Below are positions 19,117 through 27,520 of a DNA stretch of 37,629 nucleotides, piece by piece (position 1 is the stretch's first letter; every line of letters begins with the position of its first letter). The DNA comes from Anaerolineae bacterium. GTDB lineage: Bacteria > Chloroflexota > Anaerolineae > Anaerolineales > E44-bin32. The position numbers and the translations under genes are program-made. The DNA lies in NCBI GenBank assembly GCA_030598885.1, contig JAUVOZ010000002.1, positions 1-37,629 of the forward strand. The letters are read 5' to 3'. Below the pieces are notes generated by a model. The model searched no databases and had not been told where the DNA came from. It saw only the letters and a list, made by a program, of their open reading frames with translations.

Positions 19117-20166
19117 ATGAGCGAAGCCGATGCTAACGGTGAACTGAACCCGCTTGAAACTTTCATTGAGTTAACCCGCACCGAACTTGAACAGGTGCGC
19201 AATGAGATGACTGAGATAGGTATGCTGGTTGAGCAGAGTCAGGGCGAGGTTGATAAGCTAGCAAAACGCAATGCCTCAATCACCGCCCATCTCCACCAGA
19301 TTCAGGCGCATTTTGACTCTATGCCTAGGGATGATATCCGCTCAACCTATGAGGCATTCCAAGATGCACAGCAGCGTCTTTTCACTATGCGCGGACAACT
19401 CGAGAAACTTCAGAGTGATGAAGCCCATCTCAACCGTTATGAGAAATTCTTAGTAAAAACCCTGCAGATCGTGGAAGGCCGCCCTGCGTTAGATATCGCT
19501 GATCTAACCGGCGGCGGCGAGAAGATCATACAAGAGATCATCGAGGCTCAGGAGAATGAAAGGCGGACGATTTCCCGCCAGATTCATGATGGTCCGGCAC
19601 AGGTATTATCAAATTTCATCCTGCATACAGAAATTGCTTTGCGCCTCTTCGATACCGATCAGGATCAAGCACGCGAAGAGCTCACCAGTCTAAAAGCAGC
19701 AGCAACTTCGACTTTCTCCCAAGTACGGGATTTTATCTTTGACCTACGACCAATGATGTTAGATGATCTTGGTATGGTGCCTACTGTCCGACGCTACTCT
19801 GAAGCTTTCAAGGAAAAAACTGGTCTGGACATCAACTTGGTGATCACCGGCACTGAGCGTCGGCTGGAACCTCATCGTGAAGTTCTAATTTTCCGTGCCA
19901 TACAGAGTCTCATCCGAAACGTACGTGATCATGCTCAAGCAACACAAGTCAAGATCATGCTGGATATGGGCGAGCATCTTGTGCGAGTCTCAGTTGAGGA
20001 TGATGGAAGGGGATTTGATCCGGAGTTGATTTCAGAGGAAGACACGAAGAAATTTAGCCTGCCAATGTTGCAGGAACGGATCGAGATGGTAGGTGGCTCC
20101 TTGGAATTGGAAAGCGCTGCAGGTGAGGGGACTAGAGTAGCATTTTCCATTCCAACCGGTGATTAA
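19117..20166 (+). CDS. Soluble HisKA_3-type sensor histidine kinase (DegS-like architecture)
   Basis: 349 aa with no hydrophobic segment. The N-terminal ~140 aa look like coiled coil. H-box ENERRTISRQIHDGPAQVLSNF; N-box FRAIQSLIRNVRDHA; G-boxes VEDDGRGFD and GGSLELESAAGEGTRV. Confidence 0.88.
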   Translation: MSEADANGELNPLETFIELTRTELEQVRNEMTEIGMLVEQSQGEVDKLAKRNASITAHLHQIQAHFDSMPRDDIRSTYEAFQDAQQRLFTMRGQLEKLQSDEAHLNRYEKFLVKTLQIVEGRPALDIADLTGGGEKIIQEIIEAQENERRTISRQIHDGPAQVLSNFILHTEIALRLFDTDQDQAREELTSLKAAATSTFSQVRDFIFDLRPMMLDDLGMVPTVRRYSEAFKEKTGLDINLVITGTERRLEPHREVLIFRAIQSLIRNVRDHAQATQVKIMLDMGEHLVRVSVEDDGRGFDPELISEEDTKKFSLPMLQERIEMVGGSLELESAAGEGTRVAFSIPTGD

Positions 20167-20423
20167 TCGCGATATTCTGGGTTTGAGAGAGCGAATTTTC
20201 CAGATAGATCACGTCTGAGTGCTATCGGGTGAGATCTTTATCCAACCTGAGACAATGGGGGAGTGTTAATAACATCCTCCTATATACAAGTTAGAACTCC
20301 GAAACTGTGATGATCGACGGATTGTGGGGGATAATCGGATAGGAGGAATATAGTTAACAAACTCAATTGAAGCTGGTAAATAAGTCCTAAAATAAGGGGA
20401 TTCTGTATCGGAAATAGGTCCTA

Positions 20424-20452
20424 TTGAATCTTACTGCAGCTAAGCATATAAT
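20424..20452 (+). promoter_or_regulatory. Strong sigma-70-type promoter candidate for the pilin gene (TTGAAT-N17-TATAAT)
   Basis: TTGAAT at 20424-20429 and TATAAT at 20447-20452 with an exact 17-nt spacer, ~54 nt upstream of the flp ATG. Confidence 0.55.
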
Positions 20453-20505
20453 GAATCGTGCCCGGGTAAAATCGGGTAATTTCGAAGAGAAGGGAGGTGA
20501 AAGGT

Positions 20506-20652
20506 ATGTTATATGCACCAAAGGAAAGAGGCCAAGGGCTTGTAGAGTATGCGTTGATCCTTGTTTTAGTAGCAGTCGTTGTGATCGTCATTTTAGCACT
20601 ACTCGGGCCCGCCATCGGCAATGTATTCAGCAATATCATCAGCAACATCTAG
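20506..20652 (+). CDS. flp: Flp/Fap-family type IVb (Tad) prepilin, 48 aa
   Basis: Below the ORF-track size cutoff; translated by hand as MLYAPKERGQGLVEYALILVLVAVVVIVILALLGPAIGNVFSNIISNI. It matches the Flp processing motif G/XXXXEY (ERG|QGLVEY) followed by a hydrophobic helix. GGAGG lies 8 nt upstream, and the gene sits directly upstream of cpaB-cpaE-cpaF-tadBC. Confidence 0.88.
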   Translation: MLYAPKERGQGLVEYALILVLVAVVVIVILALLGPAIGNVFSNIISNI

Positions 20653-20706
20653 TTAGCCGATGGAGTTGAAAAAAGGGCAACGTCTCGATTGTTAAGAATG
20701 CCCTCG

Positions 20707-20731
20707 GGAGCCCTATCATAGATAGGGCTCC
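20707..20731 (+). terminator. Perfect 11-bp stem-loop after flp (terminator/attenuator or mRNA stabiliser)
   Basis: ggagccctatc-ata-gatagggctcc. Only TT follows, so it is not a canonical U-tract terminator. The position after a pilin gene suggests partial termination. Confidence 0.45.
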
Positions 20732-20779
20732 TTGTCACCTGAGTTCAATATATTAAATTAACGCCCTTTGGCGTTCACC

Positions 20780-20807
20780 TTGACTTTTAATGTGGAAAAG
20801 GTATTAT
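20780..20807 (+). promoter_or_regulatory. Promoter candidate for cpaB and the assembly genes (TTGACT-N16-TATTAT)
   Basis: TTGACT at 20780-20785 and TATTAT at 20802-20807, ~55 nt upstream of the cpaB ATG. Confidence 0.4.
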
Positions 20808-20860
20808 ACGCACGACATAGGATAAGTTGACCAAATTCGACCGTCTTAAAAGGAGGTTCC

Positions 20861-21982
20861 ATGCGCCGAGGACGCATTTTAATCCTACTAGCCCTGATCA
20901 TCATCTTGGGAGTTGGAGCTGCGTATCTATTACTTGGTCGTCCCTCAGAGGAGCCAGAACCAACACCAACACCTGAAGAAGGGTATATTCCCTCTGATAT
21001 GGTATTGGTAGTGGTTGCGGCACAGGATATCGCCCGGGGTTCGGAAGTTCCCAGGGACGCGATCGTTCTCCAGCAGATGCCCGCAGACCTTGTGGTTGAG
21101 ACCTGGATTGCTGGCACCGATGAGGCGACCCTAATCGATCAGGTTTCGGGGCGTCGAGCGAGGATAGACATCGAGAGAGGTATTCCGGTGACAACTGCAA
21201 TGATCACCGAGGAGGCGGGTGATTTGCTGGGGACAGGCTCCGATGCTTCTTTTGCCATCAAGCCGGGATATACCGCGATCGCGATTCCGATGAGCCGTCT
21301 CTCAGGCATAGCGTATGCACTCCGTGATGGAGACACAGTGGATGTGCTAATCACCATGCTGATGATCGATCTCGATATGGATTTCCAAACTGCACTTCCT
21401 AATCTGTCTACAATGGTGGTCGGTTCAGGAGGTACAGCAGAATTTCCTGCCACATCTCTTACAGCGATTTTTACCGGTTTCATTGGGAAGATTGTAAGAG
21501 ACCCAGAGCTTGACGAACTCGTTCACATTGTCCCCCAAGAGAACCAACGACCCCGTTTAGTGACCCAGCGATTGGTCGAAGCGGCGACTGTTCTGCATGT
21601 CGGAACATTCCCACTAGAGGAGGTTGTTAGCGAAGAGGCAGTTACCGCTGAAGCGGACCAAGGCATCGGCGCCCCACCACCACAACAGGCTGAAGGTGAA
21701 CCAGCCAAACCTCCACCGCCGGATGTCATTACCTTGATCGTCACCCCTCAGGATGCCCTGGCTCTGAACTGGGCGATGAAAGCCGGTGCTGATCTGGTAT
21801 TAACGTTGCGGGGACCGGGTGATGCCACAAGCATAGAAACCATTTCGGTGACCCTGCAATATCTCGTCGAGAATTACGATATCACAATTCCGGTTAAACT
21901 CCCTTACGGTTTGGAGCCTGCGCTGGACACGCCCATCGTGCCGGTATTACCGAACGATGCCACGGCGCCGCAAGAGAATTAA
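20861..21982 (+). CDS. cpaB: Flp pilus assembly protein CpaB/RcpC-like (N-terminal anchor, SAF-like domain), extended form
   Basis: AAGGAGG upstream. N-terminal TM ILILLALIIILGVGAAYLLL is followed by VLVVVAAQDIARGSEVPRDAIVLQQMP (SAF/CpaB-like). A Pro-rich linker GAPPPQQAEGEPAKPPPPD precedes a further C-terminal domain. 373 aa. Confidence 0.75.
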   Translation: MRRGRILILLALIIILGVGAAYLLLGRPSEEPEPTPTPEEGYIPSDMVLVVVAAQDIARGSEVPRDAIVLQQMPADLVVETWIAGTDEATLIDQVSGRRARIDIERGIPVTTAMITEEAGDLLGTGSDASFAIKPGYTAIAIPMSRLSGIAYALRDGDTVDVLITMLMIDLDMDFQTALPNLSTMVVGSGGTAEFPATSLTAIFTGFIGKIVRDPELDELVHIVPQENQRPRLVTQRLVEAATVLHVGTFPLEEVVSEEAVTAEADQGIGAPPPQQAEGEPAKPPPPDVITLIVTPQDALALNWAMKAGADLVLTLRGPGDATSIETISVTLQYLVENYDITIPVKLPYGLEPALDTPIVPVLPNDATAPQEN

Positions 21983-22017
21983 AGTAAATAATCTGTTGGT
22001 GAAGTACGGAGGGTTGG

Positions 22018-23271
22018 ATGTCGGAAAACGCGGACGATGTCATCCGCGTACTAATCGTTGACGACATCGCTGAAACACGCGAGAACATACGTAAATTACT
22101 GCAATTTGAACCAGATATCGAGGTCGTAGGCGCTGCTCGTACAGGCCAAGAAGCGATCGAGCTGGCGCGCGAAACCAAGCCGGATGTCGTCCTGATGGAT
22201 ATTAACATGCCGGATATGGATGGCATCGAGGCCACAGAAACGCTTAAACGTGATGTTCGATTTGCTCAAATTGTCATTCTATCTATTCAGAGTGAGGCCG
22301 ACTACTTGCGGCGAGCAATGCGGGCTGGCGCCAGTGACTTCATCGCCAAGCCTCCTTCCGGCGATGAGTTGATCGGAACGATCCGTTCGCTCGCAGTAGA
22401 TGCTAGAAGAATAAAGGATGAAATGGCCAGGTTGGAGGGGACTGGTCCTCTTCGACCTCAGATGGAAAGAATTGGACCGGAAGGCAAAATCCTGGCAGTC
22501 TATAGCCCTAAAGGTGGTGTGGGTTGTACGATGCTTGCCACTAACCTGGCGGTCGGCTTGGACACGACTGACACACCGGCGGTTCTGGTGGATGCGGCTT
22601 TACAATTTGGGGATGTGGCGGTATCTCTCAACCTACAGGTTAAAAATAGTTTTGTCGATCTTGCATCGCGCGCGGAAGAGCTCGATGCTGAAATTGTCGA
22701 GGATGTTCTTCTACAACACGAGTGCGGGTTACGTGTGTTAGCTGCCCCACCTAGACCAGAGATGGCTGACGAAGTACATGCGGAACAGGTCCGAAACGTA
22801 TTGGAGCATCTAAAGCAGCATTTTGCCTACGTGATTGTAGATACTAGCTCGACCATGGACGACATCACTCTTACCATCCTGGACCTGGCTGACCTGTTGA
22901 TAGCTGTGGCTACGCCCGAGATTCCTGCCATCAAGAATGCTCGCTTGCTCTTCGACTTATTAGGTGTGCTGGAGTTTCCAAAGGAGCATATCTTCTTTGT
23001 CTTGAATAAGATGGACCGGAAATCCGGTATTTCATCAGCGGCGATTGCCGAAAACCTCAAATACTCTGTGGATGGCGTAATCCCGGTTGACGAGCGCGCG
23101 GTGACAACCTCAGTGAACCGAGGTATACCACTCTTGTTAGCTGATAAGGGTCAGCCTTCAGCGAAAGGCATTCTTGACCTTCTTGGCTCAGTCAAACAAC
23201 GACTTGTGGAGGAAGTAGCAATTGACGAAGAAGAAAAAGAAGTCGAGCGACCTCGGTTGTTCAGTCGCTAG
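22018..23271 (+). CDS. cpaE: CpaE/TadZ-like MinD/ParA-family pilus assembly ATPase with N-terminal receiver domain
   Basis: REC: VLIVDDIAETRE (D15, D16), VVLMDINMPDMDG (D61), ILSIQS (S89), FIAKP (K111). ATPase-like domain: ILAVYSPKGGVGCTMLATNLAVGL, VIVDTSS. Located between cpaB and cpaF. Confidence 0.85.
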   Translation: MSENADDVIRVLIVDDIAETRENIRKLLQFEPDIEVVGAARTGQEAIELARETKPDVVLMDINMPDMDGIEATETLKRDVRFAQIVILSIQSEADYLRRAMRAGASDFIAKPPSGDELIGTIRSLAVDARRIKDEMARLEGTGPLRPQMERIGPEGKILAVYSPKGGVGCTMLATNLAVGLDTTDTPAVLVDAALQFGDVAVSLNLQVKNSFVDLASRAEELDAEIVEDVLLQHECGLRVLAAPPRPEMADEVHAEQVRNVLEHLKQHFAYVIVDTSSTMDDITLTILDLADLLIAVATPEIPAIKNARLLFDLLGVLEFPKEHIFFVLNKMDRKSGISSAAIAENLKYSVDGVIPVDERAVTTSVNRGIPLLLADKGQPSAKGILDLLGSVKQRLVEEVAIDEEEKEVERPRLFSR

Positions 23272-23313
23272 TGATTGGTTGTGAGATTCCGTAGCAGGTA
23301 AGGAGGCTGGATT

Positions 23314-24723
23314 GTGTCGCTGCTCAAACGTATTGAACAAGGTCAGACTCAGGACGCACCTGTCCCGAAAGAAGTGTCACCTACCGCCGGTACATCGCGC
23401 TTGGGTCAGGTGCGGGAACGCCGGGTCGCTCCAACGAGCTCAGCGCAACGAGATAAATATTACGACCTGAAAACCTTAGTGCAAAATAAACTACTGGCTG
23501 AACTTGACCCATCAATGGATATCAGCCAGACAACTGAGGTTCGCCGTACAATTGAGGAGTTATTTGAAAGTATCCTAGCTGAGGAGAAGATCGTCCTCTC
23601 ACGACCTGAGCGGCGGAGGCTATTTGAGCAGATTGTGGCTGAAATCCTGGGTCTTGGTCCGATACAACCCTTGCTGGCTGATGCATCGATCACCGAAATA
23701 ATGGTCAACGGAGCCAAACAAATCTACGTTGAGCGTGGGGGTAAGATCTATCGTGAACCAGCTTCCTTTGAGAGCGATGATCACTTGATGCGCATCATAG
23801 ATCGCATTGTTGCCCCACTCGGACGACGAATTGATGAGTCAAGCCCATATGTAGATGCCCGTCTTACTGATGGCTCGCGTGTAAACGCCGTCATACCACC
23901 AATTTCATTGGTTGGACCAGTACTCACGATCCGAAAATTCTCCACCGACCCAATTACTGTTCAGCAACTGATCGATTATGGAACCATCACGCCAGAGTCG
24001 GTAGAGTTTCTCAAGGCATGTGTAGTTGCAAGAATTAATATGATCATATCTGGAGGTACAGGTTCTGGAAAAACCACGCTGCTCAACGTACTTTCCCAGT
24101 ACATTCCTAGGGATGAACGGATTGTCACTATTGAAAACGCAGCTGAACTTCAACTACGACAGGAACATGTAGTCACCCTCGAGTCTCGCCCACCAAATAT
24201 TGAAGGACGGGGTGAAGTAACTATCCAAAATCTGGTCGTCAACTCTCTCCGTATGCGACCTGACCGCATCATCGTCGGCGAGATTCGCGCTGAGGAAGCC
24301 CTGGATATGCTTCAAGCGATGAACACCGGTCATGAAGGCTCAATGACCACTGCCCACTCTAATAGCCCGCGCGACACCTTGGCTCGTATTGAGACGATGA
24401 CCCTCATGGCTGGGATGGATCTGCCCATACGGGCGATACGTGAGCAAATTTCTTCCGCTCTTGAATTGGTGGTCCATCTGGAGCGAATGCGGGATGGGAC
24501 ACGAAAGGTCACCAACATTACTGAAATACAAGGAATGGAAGGTGACGTGGTTACAATGACCGACTTATTCGTATTTGAGCAAACGGGTTTCGAAGAAGGC
24601 AGGGTGATTGGCCGTTTGAGGCCTACTGGTCTACGTCCAAGGTTCGTCGATAAGATTGAAACGAGCGGCATTCACCTACCTGCATCCATTTTCGGTGTAG
24701 GCGAACGGACGCGTGGATATTAA
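23314..24723 (+). CDS. cpaF: Tad pilus secretion ATPase CpaF/TadA (type II/IV secretion NTPase)
   Basis: GTG start with AAGGAGG 7 nt upstream. Walker [17 protein letters not shown], Walker B/Asp box [34 protein letters not shown]. Confidence 0.92.
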   Translation: MSLLKRIEQGQTQDAPVPKEVSPTAGTSRLGQVRERRVAPTSSAQRDKYYDLKTLVQNKLLAELDPSMDISQTTEVRRTIEELFESILAEEKIVLSRPERRRLFEQIVAEILGLGPIQPLLADASITEIMVNGAKQIYVERGGKIYREPASFESDDHLMRIIDRIVAPLGRRIDESSPYVDARLTDGSRVNAVIPPISLVGPVLTIRKFSTDPITVQQLIDYGTITPESVEFLKACVVARINMIISGGTGSGKTTLLNVLSQYIPRDERIVTIENAAELQLRQEHVVTLESRPPNIEGRGEVTIQNLVVNSLRMRPDRIIVGEIRAEEALDMLQAMNTGHEGSMTTAHSNSPRDTLARIETMTLMAGMDLPIRAIREQISSALELVVHLERMRDGTRKVTNITEIQGMEGDVVTMTDLFVFEQTGFEEGRVIGRLRPTGLRPRFVDKIETSGIHLPASIFGVGERTRGY

Positions 24724-24726
24724 CTA

Positions 24727-25710
24727 ATGGACACAAACCTGATCTTGATGGTAGGTGGCGGGATTGGCCTTTTAGTCCTGATCATTGGGGTTGTGATATC
24801 GGTTGTCGGCGAGCGTTCCGTGGTTGAGGAACGCCTTGGGCGGTATTCAGAAACAAGTAGCTTTATCGCAAGCACGGCAGATGCTCCCGAGGGTGCGTTG
24901 GAAAAATCGAGCCCGCTAGCATCCTTCTTTAACCGCATGTGGGAGGGTACTGATCTTTTTGAATCTATCTCAGGGCAGCTTGCCCAAGCCGATTTGAAGT
25001 TCCTTCCAATAGAATATATCGCGTTGATCATTGGCACCGCAGGCTTGGGAGGGGTTATCGGCTTGTTCGCCGGTCGTGGATCTATCCTCTTTGCGGGATT
25101 GGCAATGATTGTGGGCGCTTTCGTCCCCCACTTTTATGTCTTGAATGCACAAAAGTCCCGCCTGAAGAAATTCGATAATCAATTAAGTGATATGTTGAAC
25201 CTGGTGGTCAACGGATTACGCGCAGGCTTCTCGACCCTGCAAGCCATGGAGGCAGTTAGTCGCGAGCTTCCCCGACCTATCTCAGTTGAGTTCCACCGGG
25301 TTGTTCAAGAGATGATGCTTGGCCTACCGATGGAAGAAGCGCTCGATCACTTGATGCGACGAATCAACAGCGATGATCTTGACCTGGTGGTGACGGCGAT
25401 TAACGTCCAGCGGGAGGTTGGCGGTAACCTTGCGGAAATCCTGGATGTAATTTCCTACACTATTCGTGAACGCGTGCGGCTCAAAGGCCAGATTCAGGCT
25501 CTTACCGCCCAAGGCCGAGCAACAGCCTGGGTTATCGCCGCGCTTCCAATTGTGCTTGTATTGTTGCTCTTCGTGCTTAACCGCGAATATATTATGACGC
25601 TCTTTATCCCTGAAAACCGCGCCTGTGGTATCCCGCTTATGATCCTGGCAGGGTTAATGATCGTGAGCGGATTCATAGCTGTGCAGAAAATCGTTCAAAT
25701 CGACATATAG
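24727..25710 (+). CDS. tadB: Tad pilus inner-membrane platform protein TadB (T2SSF family)
   Basis: 327 aa. Starts 3 nt after the cpaF stop. N-terminal TM, cytoplasmic helical T2SSF-like region (LSDMLNLVVNGLRAGFSTLQAMEAV), C-terminal TMs. Confidence 0.82.
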   Translation: MDTNLILMVGGGIGLLVLIIGVVISVVGERSVVEERLGRYSETSSFIASTADAPEGALEKSSPLASFFNRMWEGTDLFESISGQLAQADLKFLPIEYIALIIGTAGLGGVIGLFAGRGSILFAGLAMIVGAFVPHFYVLNAQKSRLKKFDNQLSDMLNLVVNGLRAGFSTLQAMEAVSRELPRPISVEFHRVVQEMMLGLPMEEALDHLMRRINSDDLDLVVTAINVQREVGGNLAEILDVISYTIRERVRLKGQIQALTAQGRATAWVIAALPIVLVLLLFVLNREYIMTLFIPENRACGIPLMILAGLMIVSGFIAVQKIVQIDI

Positions 25711-25789
25711 TGACTCAAAGCTCAGGAACTTTCCTTATTTATGTGCTCATTCTTGCCGAGAGGTGGGTGGGCTCGCGAGGTGTGGACTG

Positions 25790-26734
25790 ATGGACCCTAT
25801 CATATTAGTTGCGGGGATCGTTGTGTTTATTGTGATCCTGGCAATCGTTCTGGTTGTTGTAGGCATCAAGATGCCTGTATCTACTGACCCGATTCAGGAT
25901 CGACTTGCTGAACTCAGCATCGGTGATGAGCCGTTATCGCTAGAAGAGATCGAGCTCTCACAGCGATTCGCTGAGCGGGTCATCCTACCAATCTTCAACC
26001 GAGTCGGGGAGTTTGCTTCACGCTTTACTCCTCAAGCAACGCTTGCGAGTGCTCGCCGTCGTTTAGAAATGGCCGGCAATCCAATGCGGTTGGATCCTGC
26101 TTTCTTCTTGACCACACGAATTGTGCTGGCGGTCCTGTTCGGTGGCTTGGTTTTTGCTGTATACGCCATCACCAAACGTAATTGGTTGCAGGGTCTGGGT
26201 TTATCGGTGTTGTTTTTAATTATCGGTTATATGTTCCCCGATTTGTGGTTGTCCAGCCGGATTAAAGCCAGGCAAAAATCCATCTTCCGTTCATTACCGG
26301 ATGCACTTGATCTATTGACTGTTTGCGTTGAAGCCGGACTAGGTTTCGATGCTGCGCTGCGTAATGTGCATGAGAAGTGGGAGGATGATCTTGCGCTTGA
26401 ATTTGGGCGAGTACTTCAGGAGATAGCGCTCGGTAAATTACGGCGGGAAGCGCTTCGGGATATGTCCGATCGGTTAGATGTGGCCGAATTGACCAGTTTT
26501 ATAGCTGCGGTGATCCAATCTGAACAGTTGGGTGTGAGCATGGCTAAAGTATTGCGCATCCAGTCTGATAATATGCGTGTACGGCGTAGGCAGATGGCAG
26601 AGGAGGAAGCCAACAAAGCACCGATTAAGATGGTTTTCCCCATCGGTTGTCTGATCTTCCCCTCTATTCTGATTGTCCTGCTTGGGCCGGCTGCCTTAAT
26701 GCTGCTATCCTCGCCAATGGCAGGGTTATTCTAG
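25790..26734 (+). CDS. tadC: Tad pilus inner-membrane platform protein TadC (T2SSF family)
   Basis: The track ORF begins at GTG 25763. The ATG at 25790 has GAGGTG 7 nt upstream and gives MDPIILVAGIVVF... The T2SSF-like core reads LPDALDLLTVCVEAGLGFDAAL. Confidence 0.8.
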   Translation: MDPIILVAGIVVFIVILAIVLVVVGIKMPVSTDPIQDRLAELSIGDEPLSLEEIELSQRFAERVILPIFNRVGEFASRFTPQATLASARRRLEMAGNPMRLDPAFFLTTRIVLAVLFGGLVFAVYAITKRNWLQGLGLSVLFLIIGYMFPDLWLSSRIKARQKSIFRSLPDALDLLTVCVEAGLGFDAALRNVHEKWEDDLALEFGRVLQEIALGKLRREALRDMSDRLDVAELTSFIAAVIQSEQLGVSMAKVLRIQSDNMRVRRRQMAEEEANKAPIKMVFPIGCLIFPSILIVLLGPAALMLLSSPMAGLF

Positions 26735-26755
26735 CGAGAATGGGGGGATGTCACC

Positions 26756-27511
26756 TTGCCTTTGGCGGATGGCTACCCAATAAATCAACTCGAGTCACTC
26801 TCTGAGCTGCGATGGCCACGACGCTGGCTTGAAGCGGCTCTTGTGCTTCTATTTCCACCACGTTGCGCCGGCTGTGGACAGCCGAAGACAATATGGTGCC
26901 CAGAGTGCAATCGTGCTTTACGGAGATTGAGCGGTCACATTTGCTCTCACTGCGGTCTTCCACTCCGTTCGCGAAGCACTTGTCTGGCTTGCAGCAGGCA
27001 CCCGATACCTCTGAAAGTGCGTTCTTATGCAACCTATGAGAGTCCGCTGGGTAAAGCGCTCCTACAATTGAAGTACAGCCCCAATCGTCTTTTGGCATTT
27101 CGCATGTCTCAATGGTTGGTTGAGCTCTTGTCCCGAGAATCTTGGCAAGTGGATTTGGTGGTACCCGTTCCACTTGGCAAGGACCGATTGCGTCAGCGCG
27201 GTTATAATCAAGCTGGTTTAATTGCTAGTGCGTTAGCTAAATCCCAACATCTACCATTCTCCGATCGAGCATTGTGGCGAGTTCGAGAGACATTGTCCCA
27301 AGTTGGTCTCGATGCTACGGCTCGGATGAAGAATGTTCAGGGAGCATTTTCAGCCGACTCAGCCATCGTAGAAGGTAAACGGGTCATAGTGGTAGACGAC
27401 TTGTACACAACTGGTGCCACACTGTCCTCATGCGCTCAAGCGCTCCTTCAGGTGGGAGCGGTGGAGGTATACGGTTTGACGGTGGGTCGAGCGTATAGTG
27501 AGATTCCATAA
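26756..27511 (+). CDS. comF: ComF-family protein (double zinc-ribbon + phosphoribosyltransferase domain)
   Basis: Cys clusters CAGCG..WCPECN..CSHCG..CLAC. PRTase motif RVIVVDDLYTTGATLSS. TTG start, 21 nt after the tadC stop. Confidence 0.85.
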   Translation: MPLADGYPINQLESLSELRWPRRWLEAALVLLFPPRCAGCGQPKTIWCPECNRALRRLSGHICSHCGLPLRSRSTCLACSRHPIPLKVRSYATYESPLGKALLQLKYSPNRLLAFRMSQWLVELLSRESWQVDLVVPVPLGKDRLRQRGYNQAGLIASALAKSQHLPFSDRALWRVRETLSQVGLDATARMKNVQGAFSADSAIVEGKRVIVVDDLYTTGATLSSCAQALLQVGAVEVYGLTVGRAYSEIP

Positions 27512-27520
27512 ATGACTAAA

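Noticed and set aside
20421-20669. 75-aa (minus) and 81-aa (plus) track ORFs across the pilin region
   Set aside because: Both overlap the 48-aa Flp ORF, which has a strong SD, a promoter, the diagnostic G/XXXXEY motif and the right genomic context.
2881-21282. GCGATCGC (cyanobacterial HIP1 palindrome) seen at 2881, 5800 and 21275
   Set aside because: I noticed only three copies in 37.6 kb. That is far below HIP1-type densities, and the rest of the gene content does not look cyanobacterial. It probably reflects codon and GATC-rich composition.
20758-22235. Several 73-119-aa antisense or alternate-frame ORFs within cpaB and the start of cpaE
   Set aside because: They are shadow ORFs with low-complexity Ser/Pro/Arg-rich translations, and the sense frames carry the family motifs.
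25763-25789. GTG start of tadC given in the track
   Set aside because: The ATG at 25790 has a well-spaced GAGGTG, and the protein then begins directly with the TM helix. The longer form cannot be excluded.
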